32,000 bases of DNA from Trichodesmium erythraeum IMS101 (GCF_000014265.1 NC_008312.1:1080001-1112000), one strand, 5' to 3'; shown: positions 1 through 9,591, counted from the first letter of the stretch. Notes: generated from the letters alone by a model not told the origin. A program made the numbers and translations.

Positions 1-1
1 T

Positions 2-2704
2 TTCCTCAAAAACTTATACATTAGTCCCAACGGTCAAAGTTTCATTATCGAACGATCGGGAAACTTAATTGCTTCTTCCGAGGTTATGGAGCCTTTTGTA
101 ATTAAAGGAACTCAGGAAAATCGAAAAATAGAACGCCTACCCGCCACTGCTAGTGAGAATAAGATAGTAAGCATGACGACAAAACATCTACAACAAAAGT
201 TTAGTAGTTTTGCCGAAATTACTCACACTCACGAAATGAATTTTCCTATTGAAGAAGAATGGTACTATGCTAGTGTTATACCAGTAATAGACGGACGAGG
301 TATTAATTGGCTAGCAGTAGTAGTTATTCCTGAAGATGACTTCATGGAAAAAGTCAATATGAACATTCGTACTACTATTCTATTAAGTTTTGCTGCCTTG
401 ACAATAACCGTATTATTAGGAATAGTCACCACTAACTGGATAACCAAGCCTATCTTACAACTTAATTCTGCTGCCAAAGAAATTTCTCAAGGAAAATGGG
501 AAACCCAACTCAAAATTTATCGCGAAGATGAATTAGGGGAACTGGCCAACTCCTTTGATCAGATGGCAAGCCAGCTCAAGAAATCCTTTGAAACCCTAGA
601 AGCCCAAAATAAACAACTCACAGAACTAGATCGCCTTAAAGATGAATTTCTTGCCAATACCTCCCACGAACTCCGCACCCCACTAAATGGTATTATCGGT
701 ATTGGAGAATTTCTACTAGAAGAAAACACTAAAAATTTAAACTCTATAACTACCTCTAACTTAGCCATAATAGTTTCTAGTGCTCGTCGTCTCTCCAACC
801 TCGTCAACGATATTCTCGACTTTTCTAAAATTAGATACCACAAATTAGAATTACAAGTCAGAGCCATTGATGTTAGGATAGTCGTTGAATCAGTTATCAC
901 CCTAAATAGAGTATTAGTTGGCAAAAACAAAAATCTGCAATTAACAAATGCTATACCGACAGACTTACCCCCCGTTTTAGCTGATGAAAACCGTCTACAA
1001 CAGATACTCTATAATTTAATTGCCAATGCTATCAAATTCACTGAATCTGGGAAAGTCGAAATCTCTGCTTCCCTCTACTCCCCTAAAGAAGATCAAGATG
1101 AAGCCACTGAAATTATTATCATGGTATCTGATACTGGTATCGGTATTCCCCCTGATCAACTAGATCGTATCTTTGAATCTTTTGAACAAGGAGAAGGTTC
1201 AATTATAAGAAAATACGGCGGTACAGGTTTAGGTTTGGCTGTCACCAAAGAATTAGTAGAACTCCAAGGCGGTCGTATTTGGGTTGAGTCTGAAGTTGGT
1301 GTAGGTTCCCGGTTTAACGTGACCTTACCCATATCTAATCAACTCGTACCTAATTCCTCTTTAAATTTTCCTAGTCCTACTGTTAATAATATTCACTATC
1401 TGATCAAGAACATAGAAACAACTATCAGGAGTAAACCCCTAGGAAGTAAAATACCTAATGGTGATTTCCACGTTTTAGTTGTTGATGATGAACCGATAAA
1501 TATTCAAGTTTTAAACAATTACCTCAAAGCCAATAATTATCAAGTTACCCAGGCATTAAGTGGAAAAGAAGCTTTGGCGGCTTTGGAGAATAATCATAAT
1601 TTTGACTTAATTTTGCTAGATGTAATGATGCCAAATATGTCTGGTTATGAGGTATGCTCTCAAATTAGAGAAAAATATCCGGCCCAAAGTTTACCTGTGT
1701 TAATGTTAACAGCTAAAAATCAAATTGCTGATTTAGTTATGGGTTTCCAATTTGGTGCTAATGATTATTTAACTAAACCTTTTGCTAAAGATGAGTTATT
1801 AACCCGGATTCAAACTCATATTAAATTATCAAAAATCACTAAAGCTTACGAGCGTTTTGTTCCCCACGAATATGTTGAGTTACTCTCAAAAGAAAGCATT
1901 ATTAATGTTAAACTAGGGGATCGAGTTAGTACTAAAATGGCAATTTTCTTTTCTGATATTCGCTCTTTTACGACTATATCTGAGCAGATGACTTCTCAAG
2001 AAACTTTTGCTTTTGTGAATGGTTATTTAAAGGAGGTTTGTCCAGAAATTCGCGATCGCAACGGTTTGATTATTAAATTTCTGGGAGATGGTATTATGGC
2101 AGTATTTCCAGATGGAGCTGATGATGCATTGGAGGCAGCTATTGCTCAACTCAAAAGATTACAGGAATATAATCAGGTTCTATTATCTACAGGTTGGATG
2201 CCTATAAAAATTGGAATTGGTATTCATTGGGGTCACATTATGGTAGGCATAGTTGGAGAAAAGGGTCGGATGTCAGGAGATGCATTTTCTAATAATGTGA
2301 ATTTGACATCTCGTTTGGAAGGTTTGACTAAGTTTTATGGTGTTTCTTTATTAATTTCTGAGTCAGCTTTTAACTATTTAAAAAATCCGCAGAAATATCA
2401 AATTAGGTTTTTAGACCGGGCATCTGTTAAGGGTATAGATGAACCGATTAATGTTTATGAAGTTCTTGATGGTGAAGTTGATGAGATACGAGAGTTAAAA
2501 TTACAAACTCAGGTAGATTTTGCATTAGGTTTGGAGTCTTATCGTGTAGGAGAGTTAGTTGATGCTAAAGATTATTTTGAGAAAGTATTAGCCGTTAATT
2601 ATTCAGATAAAACAGCTCAACTTTATCTGGAAAGAATTGATGATTTGATGGTAACTGGTGTGCCCAAAAATTGGAATGGGGTTTGGGCATTTACTCAGAA
2701 GTAA
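2..2704 (+). CDS. Hybrid sensor histidine kinase / receiver / class III adenylate cyclase (dCache C-terminal part, TM, HAMP, HisKA, HATPase, REC, cyclase, TPR-like tail). The 5' end lies upstream of the window.
   Basis: The frame is open from nt 2, with no stop before the ATG at 86. The upstream residues ..SPNGQSFIIERSGNLIASS align with ..GDTGEAFILNNKGILIASS of the downstream paralog, so the ATG at 86 is internal. Motifs seen: H-box SHELRTPLN, G-boxes DTGIGI and GGTGLGL, receiver VVDDEP / LLDVMMP / LTAKN / TKPF, cyclase FFSDIRSFT / KFLGDGIMAVF / GDAFSNNVNLTSRLE. Confidence 0.9.
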   Translation, partial: FLKNLYISPNGQSFIIERSGNLIASSEVMEPFVIKGTQENRKIERLPATASENKIVSMTTKHLQQKFSSFAEITHTHEMNFPIEEEWYYASVIPVIDGRGINWLAVVVIPEDDFMEKVNMNIRTTILLSFAALTITVLLGIVTTNWITKPILQLNSAAKEISQGKWETQLKIYREDELGELANSFDQMASQLKKSFETLEAQNKQLTELDRLKDEFLANTSHELRTPLNGIIGIGEFLLEENTKNLNSITTSNLAIIVSSARRLSNLVNDILDFSKIRYHKLELQVRAIDVRIVVESVITLNRVLVGKNKNLQLTNAIPTDLPPVLADENRLQQILYNLIANAIKFTESGKVEISASLYSPKEDQDEATEIIIMVSDTGIGIPPDQLDRIFESFEQGEGSIIRKYGGTGLGLAVTKELVELQGGRIWVESEVGVGSRFNVTLPISNQLVPNSSLNFPSPTVNNIHYLIKNIETTIRSKPLGSKIPNGDFHVLVVDDEPINIQVLNNYLKANNYQVTQALSGKEALAALENNHNFDLILLDVMMPNMSGYEVCSQIREKYPAQSLPVLMLTAKNQIADLVMGFQFGANDYLTKPFAKDELLTRIQTHIKLSKITKAYERFVPHEYVELLSKESIINVKLGDRVSTKMAIFFSDIRSFTTISEQMTSQETFAFVNGYLKEVCPEIRDRNGLIIKFLGDGIMAVFPDGADDALEAAIAQLKRLQEYNQVLLSTGWMPIKIGIGIHWGHIMVGIVGEKGRMSGDAFSNNVNLTSRLEGLTKFYGVSLLISESAFNYLKNPQKYQIRFLDRASVKGIDEPINVYEVLDGEVDEIRELKLQTQVDFALGLESYRVGELVDAKDYFEKVLAVNYSDKTAQLYLERIDDLMVTGVPKNWNGVWAFTQK
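1473..2704 (+). repeat. Copy 1 of a ~1.23 kb near-identical segment (receiver + cyclase + C-terminal tail)
   Basis: It aligns without indels to 5123..6354 at a constant offset of 3650 nt. I count 10 mismatches. Confidence 0.95.
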
Positions 2705-2961
2705 TGTTAAATTATAGAAATTAAACTATAAGGTTCTTAATCTGGAAAACACTAGGCAATATGCTTATAGTACAAAGATTTTATTATTAATTAATAATTA
2801 ATTACTACCTCTCCTTATTATCCTTAATTGTATTCTAAAAGATAGTTTTTAGGTTCGTTATCCTATTATTCTCTACAAATCAAAATAGTGTATAATTTAA
2901 GATTAGTGCGTAAGTTTTGTAAAAAAACAGAAAAATTGGATATTATTCAGGATTACTTTCC

Positions 2962-5900
2962 GTGGCAAAAAAATCTCTCAAGCAATTAAATAAGAAAACC
3001 AACTTTTTAGAAGAAATACCTTTAACATACTTCTTAGTTATTCCTTTCCTCTTGCAGCTTTTGATTGTAGTCGGATTAACGGGATGGTTATCTTTTCGCA
3101 ATGGACAGAAAGCTATCAATGCCCTAGCTAGTAAATTGCGTAAACAAGTTGCTATTCATATCGTTCGAGAAGTAGATAACTATTTACAAATCCCTCATCA
3201 GATTAATCAATTAACTGCTTATGCTATTAACGAAGATAATCTGAGCATATTTCCAGTCCGAGGTCAAGGTCTTTTTTGGCTACAAATGAATTTGTTTAAG
3301 TCAATTCAATGGATTTATTGTGGTAGTCCTGAAAAAGGTGAATATATGGGAGTAACAAGACTACCTCAAAAAAGTGAATATATGGGAGAACAAAGGTTAG
3401 GAAAAAATGATATGTTGTGGCTGGCTTTTAGTAATGAATTAACTAATTTTTTCCGTTATGAATATGCTCTAGATAGCCAAGGTAATATGACAAATTTAGT
3501 TATACAAGGCTCTAAAAAATTTGATTCTCGAAATCGTCCCTGGTATCAAGCAGGTGAATCTGCAGGTAAAGCGACATGGAGTGAAATTTACAAAGACTTT
3601 GCCACTGGAAAGCTTACAATTACTGCTACTTTGCCAGTATATGATCGCGAAAACAATCTCAAAGTAATATGTGGTGTTGATATTTTCTTCTCTGAAGAAC
3701 TAAGTCTATTTCTCAAAACTATAGAAATTGGTGATACTGGAGAAGCTTTTATTTTAAATAACAAAGGTATTCTCATAGCAAGTTCTGTAGTAGAAGACAA
3801 AGATAAATTAGGCTTTCAAAAAGCCATAGATAGTAATAATCAACTAATAAAATCAGCAACACAATATTTGATAGAACAATACAAAAACCTCAGTCAAATT
3901 GAGACGACAAAAAAACTTAATTTTATTCAAGATGGTGAAAAAATATTTATGCAAGTTTCACCTTATAAGGATAAACATGGTCTTCATTGGTTGACAGTAG
4001 TAGTCATCCCAGAAAATGAATTTATGGCACAAATAAACGAAAATACTAAATCAACTATTCGATTATGTATTTTAGCTTTGGCAATAGCTTCAGGTTTAGG
4101 GCTATTAATAGTGAATTGGATCACTAAATCAATTAAAAAATTATCAACAGCAGCTTACGCAATTTCTCATGGAGAAATTAATCAAAATGTATCAATTCAA
4201 GGATTCAAAGAGTTGGTGATTTTAGCTGAATCTTTTAATAAAATGACAAAAGAGTTAGCAGAATCATTTAATCATCTAGAAAGAAAAAATCAAGAGTTGC
4301 AACACTTAGACCAACTTAAAGATGAATTTTTAGCCAATACATCCCATGAACTGCGTACACCTCTAAATGGAATAATTGGCATAGCAGAATCCATGATGGA
4401 TGGTGCTACCGGTAATATCTCCGAATTGCAAAACAAGAATCTATCAATGATTGTTGTTAGTGGACATCGTTTAGCCAACTTGGTCAATGATATTCTTGAT
4501 TTTTCCAAACTACGTCACCACAGCATCAAACTAAAAATGTCTTCAGTAGGAATGCGAGAAGTTACTGAAGTAGTTCTCACCTTTTCTCGGATTATTTTAA
4601 AGGAGAAAGATGTACAGCTTATTAATGCTATTTCATCAGATTTACCACCTGTGGAAGCAGATGAAAATCGCATTCAGCAAATTATGCATAATTTGGTGGG
4701 AAATGCTATCAAATTTACGGAGGTCGGTGTAATAACGATTTCAGCAGAATTAATTGACCTTAAGAACAATCCAAAAATGGCAATTACTGTCTCTGACACT
4801 GGTATTGGTATCCCTGAAGATAAACATGAGGCAATTTTTGCATCTTTTGAACAAGGAGATGGATCTACAGAACGTCGATATGGTGGAACGGGTTTAGGTT
4901 TGCCAATAACCAAACAATTAGTTGAATTACACGGTGGTACTATTTCGGTAAAATCTAATCCTGGTGTTGGTTCAGAGTTTACTTTTACTCTGAATATTTC
5001 TAAAGAACCTGTGCATTCTTTCTCCCTTAAAAATGTTAATAATCTTATTGAAGGAGTAGAAACATCCGTAGATATTAACAAAAATGAAAATCATCTAATC
5101 CCGAATAATGGTAATTTCCATATTTTAGTTGTTGATGATGAACCGATAAATATTCAAGTTTTAAACAATTACCTCAAAGCCAATAATTATCAAGTTACCC
5201 AAGCATTAAGTGGAAAAGAAGCTTTGGCGGCTTTGGAGAATAATCATAATTTTGACTTAATTTTGCTAGATATAATGATGCCAAATATGACTGGTTATGA
5301 GGTATGCTCTCAAATTAGAGAAAAATATCCGGCCCAAAGTTTACCTGTGTTAATGTTAACAGCTAAAAATCAAATTGCTGATTTAGTTATGGGTTTCCAA
5401 TTTGGTGCTAATGATTATTTAACTAAACCTTTTGCTAAAGATGAGTTATTAACCCGGATTCAAACTCATATTAAATTATCAAAAATCACTAAAGCTTACG
5501 AGCGTTTTGTTCCCCACGAATATGTTGAGTTACTCTCAAAAGAAAGCATTATTAATGTTAAACTAGGGGATCGAGTTAGTACTGAAATGGCAATTTTCTT
5601 TTCTGATATTCGCTCTTTTACGACTATATCTGAGCAGATGACTTCTCAAGAAACTTTTGCTTTTGTCAATGGTTATTTAAAGGAGGTTTGTCCAGAAATT
5701 CGCGATCGCAACGGTTTGATTATTAAATTTCTGGGAGATGGTATTATGGCAGTATTTCCAGATGGAGCTGATGATGCATTGGAGGCAGCTATTGCTCAAC
5801 TCAAAAGATTACAGGAATATAATCAGTTTCTATTATCTACAGGTTGGATGCCTATAAAAATTGGAATTGGTATTCATTGGGGTCACATTATGGTAGGCAT

Positions 5901-6354
5901 AGTTGGAGAAAAGGGTCGGATGTCAGGAGATGCATTTTCTAATAATGTGAATTTGACAGCTCGTTTGGAAGGTTTGACTAAGTTTTATGGTGTTTCTTTA
6001 TTAATTTCTGAGTCAGCTTTTAACTATTTAAAAAATCCGCAGAAATATCAAATTAGGTTTTTAGACCGGGCATCTGTTAAGGGTATAGATGAACCGATTA
6101 ATGTTTATGAAGTTCTTGATGGTGAAGTTGATGAGATACGAGAGTTAAAATTACAAACTCAGGTAGATTTTGCATTAGGTTTGGAGTCTTATCGTGTAGG
6201 AGAGTTAGTTGATGCTAAAGATTATTTTGAGAAAGTATTAGCCGTTAATTCTTCAGATAAAACAGCTCAACTTTATCTGGAAAGAATTGATGATTTAATG
6301 GTAACTGGTGTACCCAAAAATTGGAATGGGGTTTGGGCATTTACTCAGAAGTAA
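2962..6354 (+). CDS. Hybrid sensor histidine kinase / receiver / class III adenylate cyclase (TM, dCache-like periplasmic domain, TM, HAMP, HisKA, HATPase, REC, cyclase, TPR-like tail), full length
   Basis: A 1130-aa ORF with a GTG start. It has an N-terminal TM (FLVIPFLLQLLIVVGLTGWLSF), a Cache-like region (PWYQAG...ATWSEIY...GEAFILNNKGILIASS) and a second TM followed by HAMP. Further motifs: SHELRTPLN, DTGIGIPEDK, GGTGLGLPITKQLVELHGG, VVDDEP / LLDIMMP / TKPF, then FFSDIRSFT / KFLGDGIMAVF / GDAFSNNVNLTARLE. Confidence 0.9.
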   Translation: MAKKSLKQLNKKTNFLEEIPLTYFLVIPFLLQLLIVVGLTGWLSFRNGQKAINALASKLRKQVAIHIVREVDNYLQIPHQINQLTAYAINEDNLSIFPVRGQGLFWLQMNLFKSIQWIYCGSPEKGEYMGVTRLPQKSEYMGEQRLGKNDMLWLAFSNELTNFFRYEYALDSQGNMTNLVIQGSKKFDSRNRPWYQAGESAGKATWSEIYKDFATGKLTITATLPVYDRENNLKVICGVDIFFSEELSLFLKTIEIGDTGEAFILNNKGILIASSVVEDKDKLGFQKAIDSNNQLIKSATQYLIEQYKNLSQIETTKKLNFIQDGEKIFMQVSPYKDKHGLHWLTVVVIPENEFMAQINENTKSTIRLCILALAIASGLGLLIVNWITKSIKKLSTAAYAISHGEINQNVSIQGFKELVILAESFNKMTKELAESFNHLERKNQELQHLDQLKDEFLANTSHELRTPLNGIIGIAESMMDGATGNISELQNKNLSMIVVSGHRLANLVNDILDFSKLRHHSIKLKMSSVGMREVTEVVLTFSRIILKEKDVQLINAISSDLPPVEADENRIQQIMHNLVGNAIKFTEVGVITISAELIDLKNNPKMAITVSDTGIGIPEDKHEAIFASFEQGDGSTERRYGGTGLGLPITKQLVELHGGTISVKSNPGVGSEFTFTLNISKEPVHSFSLKNVNNLIEGVETSVDINKNENHLIPNNGNFHILVVDDEPINIQVLNNYLKANNYQVTQALSGKEALAALENNHNFDLILLDIMMPNMTGYEVCSQIREKYPAQSLPVLMLTAKNQIADLVMGFQFGANDYLTKPFAKDELLTRIQTHIKLSKITKAYERFVPHEYVELLSKESIINVKLGDRVSTEMAIFFSDIRSFTTISEQMTSQETFAFVNGYLKEVCPEIRDRNGLIIKFLGDGIMAVFPDGADDALEAAIAQLKRLQEYNQFLLSTGWMPIKIGIGIHWGHIMVGIVGEKGRMSGDAFSNNVNLTARLEGLTKFYGVSLLISESAFNYLKNPQKYQIRFLDRASVKGIDEPINVYEVLDGEVDEIRELKLQTQVDFALGLESYRVGELVDAKDYFEKVLAVNSSDKTAQLYLERIDDLMVTGVPKNWNGVWAFTQK
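5123..6354 (+). repeat. Copy 2 of the ~1.23 kb near-identical segment
   Basis: See copy 1. Identity ends a few nt after the shared stop codon and decays about 20 nt upstream of the VVDDEP motif. Confidence 0.95.
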
Positions 6355-6667
6355 TGGTATGATTTATCTTGGCACTAAAGCTTGGTCGAGAATTGCTTGG
6401 GAAATAGGCACTAAATCAGGAAACACGAAACAAATCCTTGAAATGCAATGGAAGAGTTCTTATTTAATTAAGCAATAAAAGAGTTTTTTTTACAGAAGAA
6501 AGATGAGTCAGATACATCTACATCAAATTTAAATATATTAAAAGTATATTGTCGGAATTGATAGAAAAGCTAAACAGCAGAATAAAACCTTATAAAAATA
6601 TATTGAGATACTAATCAACTCCATCAGAAATTTTCAACTTACTGAACTATTAAAAACTCAAGTTTTA

Positions 6668-6862
6668 ATGAAAATTGATACTATATGCGATAAAAATTTT
6701 TCTGTAATTAGGATAACTATTCCCCCTCAAACAAGTGTTTCTTTTATAGGTGAGAAAGTTTTTGTTAGAGAAAACTCCTCAAGGGTAGAAGTTGAAGGAC
6801 CGAAATTACTTGCCGTTAGTGAATATTTTGTAAAATCACTAAAAAAAACTGCTCAAGCGTAG
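6668..6862 (+). pseudogene. Short orphan ORF, possibly a fragment of an AlbA_2/Schlafen-like DNA-binding ATPase gene
   Basis: A 64-aa ORF in an AT-rich gap. The stretch VSFIGEKVFVRENSSRVEVEGPKLL resembles the end of AlbA_2-type domains. No full-length partner is present, and a degenerate tandem copy of its 3' part follows it. Confidence 0.3.
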
Positions 6863-6906
6863 AAGTTGAAAGACAGAAATTACTTACTGTTGGTAAATAC
6901 TTTCCC
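6778..6906 (+). repeat. Imperfect tandem duplication, period 74 bp
   Basis: ctcaagggtagaagttgaaggaccgaaattacttgccgttagtgaatatttt (from 6778) matches ctcaagcgtagaagttgaaagacagaaattacttactgttggtaaatacttt (from 6852). Confidence 0.7.
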
Positions 6907-6944
6907 AAATTAACTCTTAAAGTATAGATGCTTTGTAAAAGAGT

Positions 6945-6966
6945 AGGGTGAGCGATCGCCCACCCT
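6945..6966. terminator. Hairpin built around a HIP1 site between convergent genes, a likely acnB terminator
   Basis: AGGGTG-A-GCGATCGC-C-CACCCT lies 16 nt downstream of the acnB stop. On the minus strand it is followed by ACTCTTTTAC, a weak T-run. Confidence 0.5.
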
Positions 6967-6981
6967 GATCTAGCAACTTAC

Positions 6982-9591
6982 CTACTTAGCCACAACAACT
7001 GGCGTTTCCAAAATATCCTCAGTGTTAGGCATCTCGTCCAAACTGACCACTCGACCTTCGTCCTCAAAACCAGCAATTTGATCGAAATTCAAATACCGAT
7101 ACAAATCACCCGCAAAGGGATCTACTTTCTCCTTCATAATATCCAAATACTCATCCACACTAGGTATTCGCCCTAACAGCGCACACACCGCCGCTAATTC
7201 TGCAGAACCCAAATACACACGAGCACCTTTACCCATACGGTTATTAAAATTCCTGGTCGAAGTCGAAAACACTGTCACCCCGTTTTTAACCCGTGCCTGA
7301 TTTCCCATACACAAAGAACATCCTGGCATTTCCATCCGCGCACCAGCAGCAGCAAAGACACCGTATATTCCTTCCTCCCGTAACTGTTTCTCATCCATGC
7401 GAGTAGGTGGACATATCCACAATACACCCTTAACTCGTCCTGCACCTTCCAATACTTTCGCAGCAGCGCGATAGTGACCAATATTTGTCATGCAAGAACC
7501 GATAAATACTTCATCAATTTTATCCCCCGCACATTCGGACATCAATTTAATATTATCGGGGTCATTGGGTGCCGCCACAATAGGTTCCTTGATCTCATTC
7601 AAATCTACTTCAATAATTTCTGCATACTCCGCATTCGCATCTGCTGACATCAACTTTGGATTTGCCAACCATTGCTCCATCTTAGAAACCCGACGCATAA
7701 TTGTTCGTGTATCCTGATAACCCCGTGCTACCATATTCTTTAACAAAGTAACATTAGAACGCAAATACTCAGAAATTGTCTCCGCACCCAACTTAATTGT
7801 GGAACCAGCACAGGAACGTTCCGCCGTCGCATCCGTTAATTCAAATGCCTGCTCAACCTTCAAATATGGCAAACCTTCCATTTCCATAATTCGTCCGGAA
7901 AAGACATTTTTCTTGTTCTCCAGAGCTACAGTCAACAACCCTTTTTGAATCGCTACATAGGGAATAGCATTCACAATATCTCGTAGTGTTACCCCTGGTT
8001 GTAACTCACCCTTAAATCTCACCAAAACAGATTCTGGCATATCCAATGGCATCAAACCTAGAGCGGCTGCAAATGCTACCAAACCAGAACCCGCAGGGAA
8101 AGAAATTCCCAGAGGAAAACGGGTATGAGAATCACCTCCTGTTCCCACTGTATCCGGTAACAACATTCGGTTTAACCAAGAATGAATAATTCCATCTCCA
8201 GGACGCAACGCTACCCCACCCCGAGCAGAAAAGAAATCTGGTAATTCTTTATGAGTGTTAATATCAACTGGTTTGGGATAGGCAGCAGTATGACAAAAAC
8301 TCTGCATAACTAAATCAGCGCTGAAACCAAGGCAAGCAAGTTCTTTCATTTCGTCCCTGGTCATTGGTCCTGTAGTATCCTGAGAACCCACTGTTGTCAT
8401 CAATGGCTCGCAAGCAGTACCGGGTCGAATGCCTGCTAAACCACAAGCTTTACCTACCATTTTCTGTGCCAAGGTGAAACCTTTACCTGTGTCTGTTGGT
8501 AGTTGGGGACGAGTAAATACAGAACTGGTTTCTAACCCTAGAATATTACGAGTTTTGTCAGTCAGAGTACGCCCAATTAATAGAGGTATCCGCCCTCCGG
8601 CTCTAACTTCGTCTAACATAGTTTCTGGTTTTAGGGTAAAGGTGGAAATTATTTCTCCTGCTTCGTTGATAATTTCTCCTTTGTAGGGATAGATAGTTAT
8701 GACCATGCCTGTCTCCATTTTTGTGACATCGCATTCGATCGGTAGTGCGCCGGAGTCTTCTGCAGTGTTGAAGAAAATAGGAGCAATTTTACCTCCCAGA
8801 ATATAACCACCAGAACGTTTATTGGGAATGAAAGGAATATCTTCCCCAATATGCCACAGCATGGAGTTACAGGCAGATTTACGGGATGAACCTGTACCCA
8901 CAATATCTCCAACATAAGCTACTGGATGACCTTTTTGCTTTAATTGCGCAATTGTCTTTAACCCTTCTGGCATTTTTGACTCTAGCATTGCTAATGCGTG
9001 AAGAGGAATGTCGGGACGAGTCGTGGCGTGGGGAGCTGGTGAGAGATCGTCGGTGTTAGTTTCACCTGGGACTTTGAAGACGGTAACTGTTATCGCTTCT
9101 GGAAGTTGGGGCCGAGTCGTAAACCATTCTGCTGCTGCCCAAGAGTCTACTACTTTTTTGGCATAGGGGTTGGTTTCTCCTAATTTGATCACGTCATTGA
9201 AAGCGTCATATACTAGCAGAATTTTACTTAGGGCAGTAGCTGCTGTGCTGGCCAATTCAGAATTTTCCGATTTGAGTATGTCAATTAGAGATTGGACATT
9301 ATAACCACCAACCATTGTTCCTAATAGTTCCACTGCATAGGTGGGGGTGATAAGAGGGGTGGTTATTTCTCCTTTAGCAATACCTGTGAGAAATCCTGCT
9401 TTGACATAGGCTGCTTCATCTACTCCTGGTGGTACACGCAAGCGTAGTAATGTCATTAACTTCTCTTCTGTTCCTATCGGTGGACTTTTCAGTAGTTCAC
9501 ATAGGTCTGATGTTTGTTCAGCATCTAGTGGTAAAGGTGGGATACCTAGGGTTGCTCGTTGTTGGATCTGATTGTTATAATTTTCTAACAT
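6982..9591 (-). CDS. acnB: Aconitate hydratase B (bifunctional aconitase 2 / 2-methylisocitrate dehydratase)
   Basis: An 869-aa ORF. The N-terminus MLENYNNQIQQRATLGIPPLPLDAEQTSDLCELLKSPP...RVPPGVDEAAYVKAGFL is characteristic of AcnB. The Fe-S ligand region IGSCMTN...CSLCMGNQARV is present. Confidence 0.95.
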   Translation of the reverse strand: MLENYNNQIQQRATLGIPPLPLDAEQTSDLCELLKSPPIGTEEKLMTLLRLRVPPGVDEAAYVKAGFLTGIAKGEITTPLITPTYAVELLGTMVGGYNVQSLIDILKSENSELASTAATALSKILLVYDAFNDVIKLGETNPYAKKVVDSWAAAEWFTTRPQLPEAITVTVFKVPGETNTDDLSPAPHATTRPDIPLHALAMLESKMPEGLKTIAQLKQKGHPVAYVGDIVGTGSSRKSACNSMLWHIGEDIPFIPNKRSGGYILGGKIAPIFFNTAEDSGALPIECDVTKMETGMVITIYPYKGEIINEAGEIISTFTLKPETMLDEVRAGGRIPLLIGRTLTDKTRNILGLETSSVFTRPQLPTDTGKGFTLAQKMVGKACGLAGIRPGTACEPLMTTVGSQDTTGPMTRDEMKELACLGFSADLVMQSFCHTAAYPKPVDINTHKELPDFFSARGGVALRPGDGIIHSWLNRMLLPDTVGTGGDSHTRFPLGISFPAGSGLVAFAAALGLMPLDMPESVLVRFKGELQPGVTLRDIVNAIPYVAIQKGLLTVALENKKNVFSGRIMEMEGLPYLKVEQAFELTDATAERSCAGSTIKLGAETISEYLRSNVTLLKNMVARGYQDTRTIMRRVSKMEQWLANPKLMSADANAEYAEIIEVDLNEIKEPIVAAPNDPDNIKLMSECAGDKIDEVFIGSCMTNIGHYRAAAKVLEGAGRVKGVLWICPPTRMDEKQLREEGIYGVFAAAGARMEMPGCSLCMGNQARVKNGVTVFSTSTRNFNNRMGKGARVYLGSAELAAVCALLGRIPSVDEYLDIMKEKVDPFAGDLYRYLNFDQIAGFEDEGRVVSLDEMPNTEDILETPVVVAK

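Noticed and set aside
265-930. Minus-strand ORFs (70 and 123 aa) inside the first kinase/cyclase gene
   Set aside because: They are fully antisense to a long, motif-rich CDS, and their low-complexity translations have no recognisable motifs. They are typical shadow ORFs.
3588-5081. Minus-strand ORFs (70, 72 and 135 aa) inside the second kinase/cyclase gene
   Set aside because: They are antisense shadow ORFs within a well-supported CDS.
7275-8915. Four 68-85 aa ORFs on both strands within acnB
   Set aside because: They are out-of-frame or antisense to a highly conserved 869-aa gene and have no independent signals.
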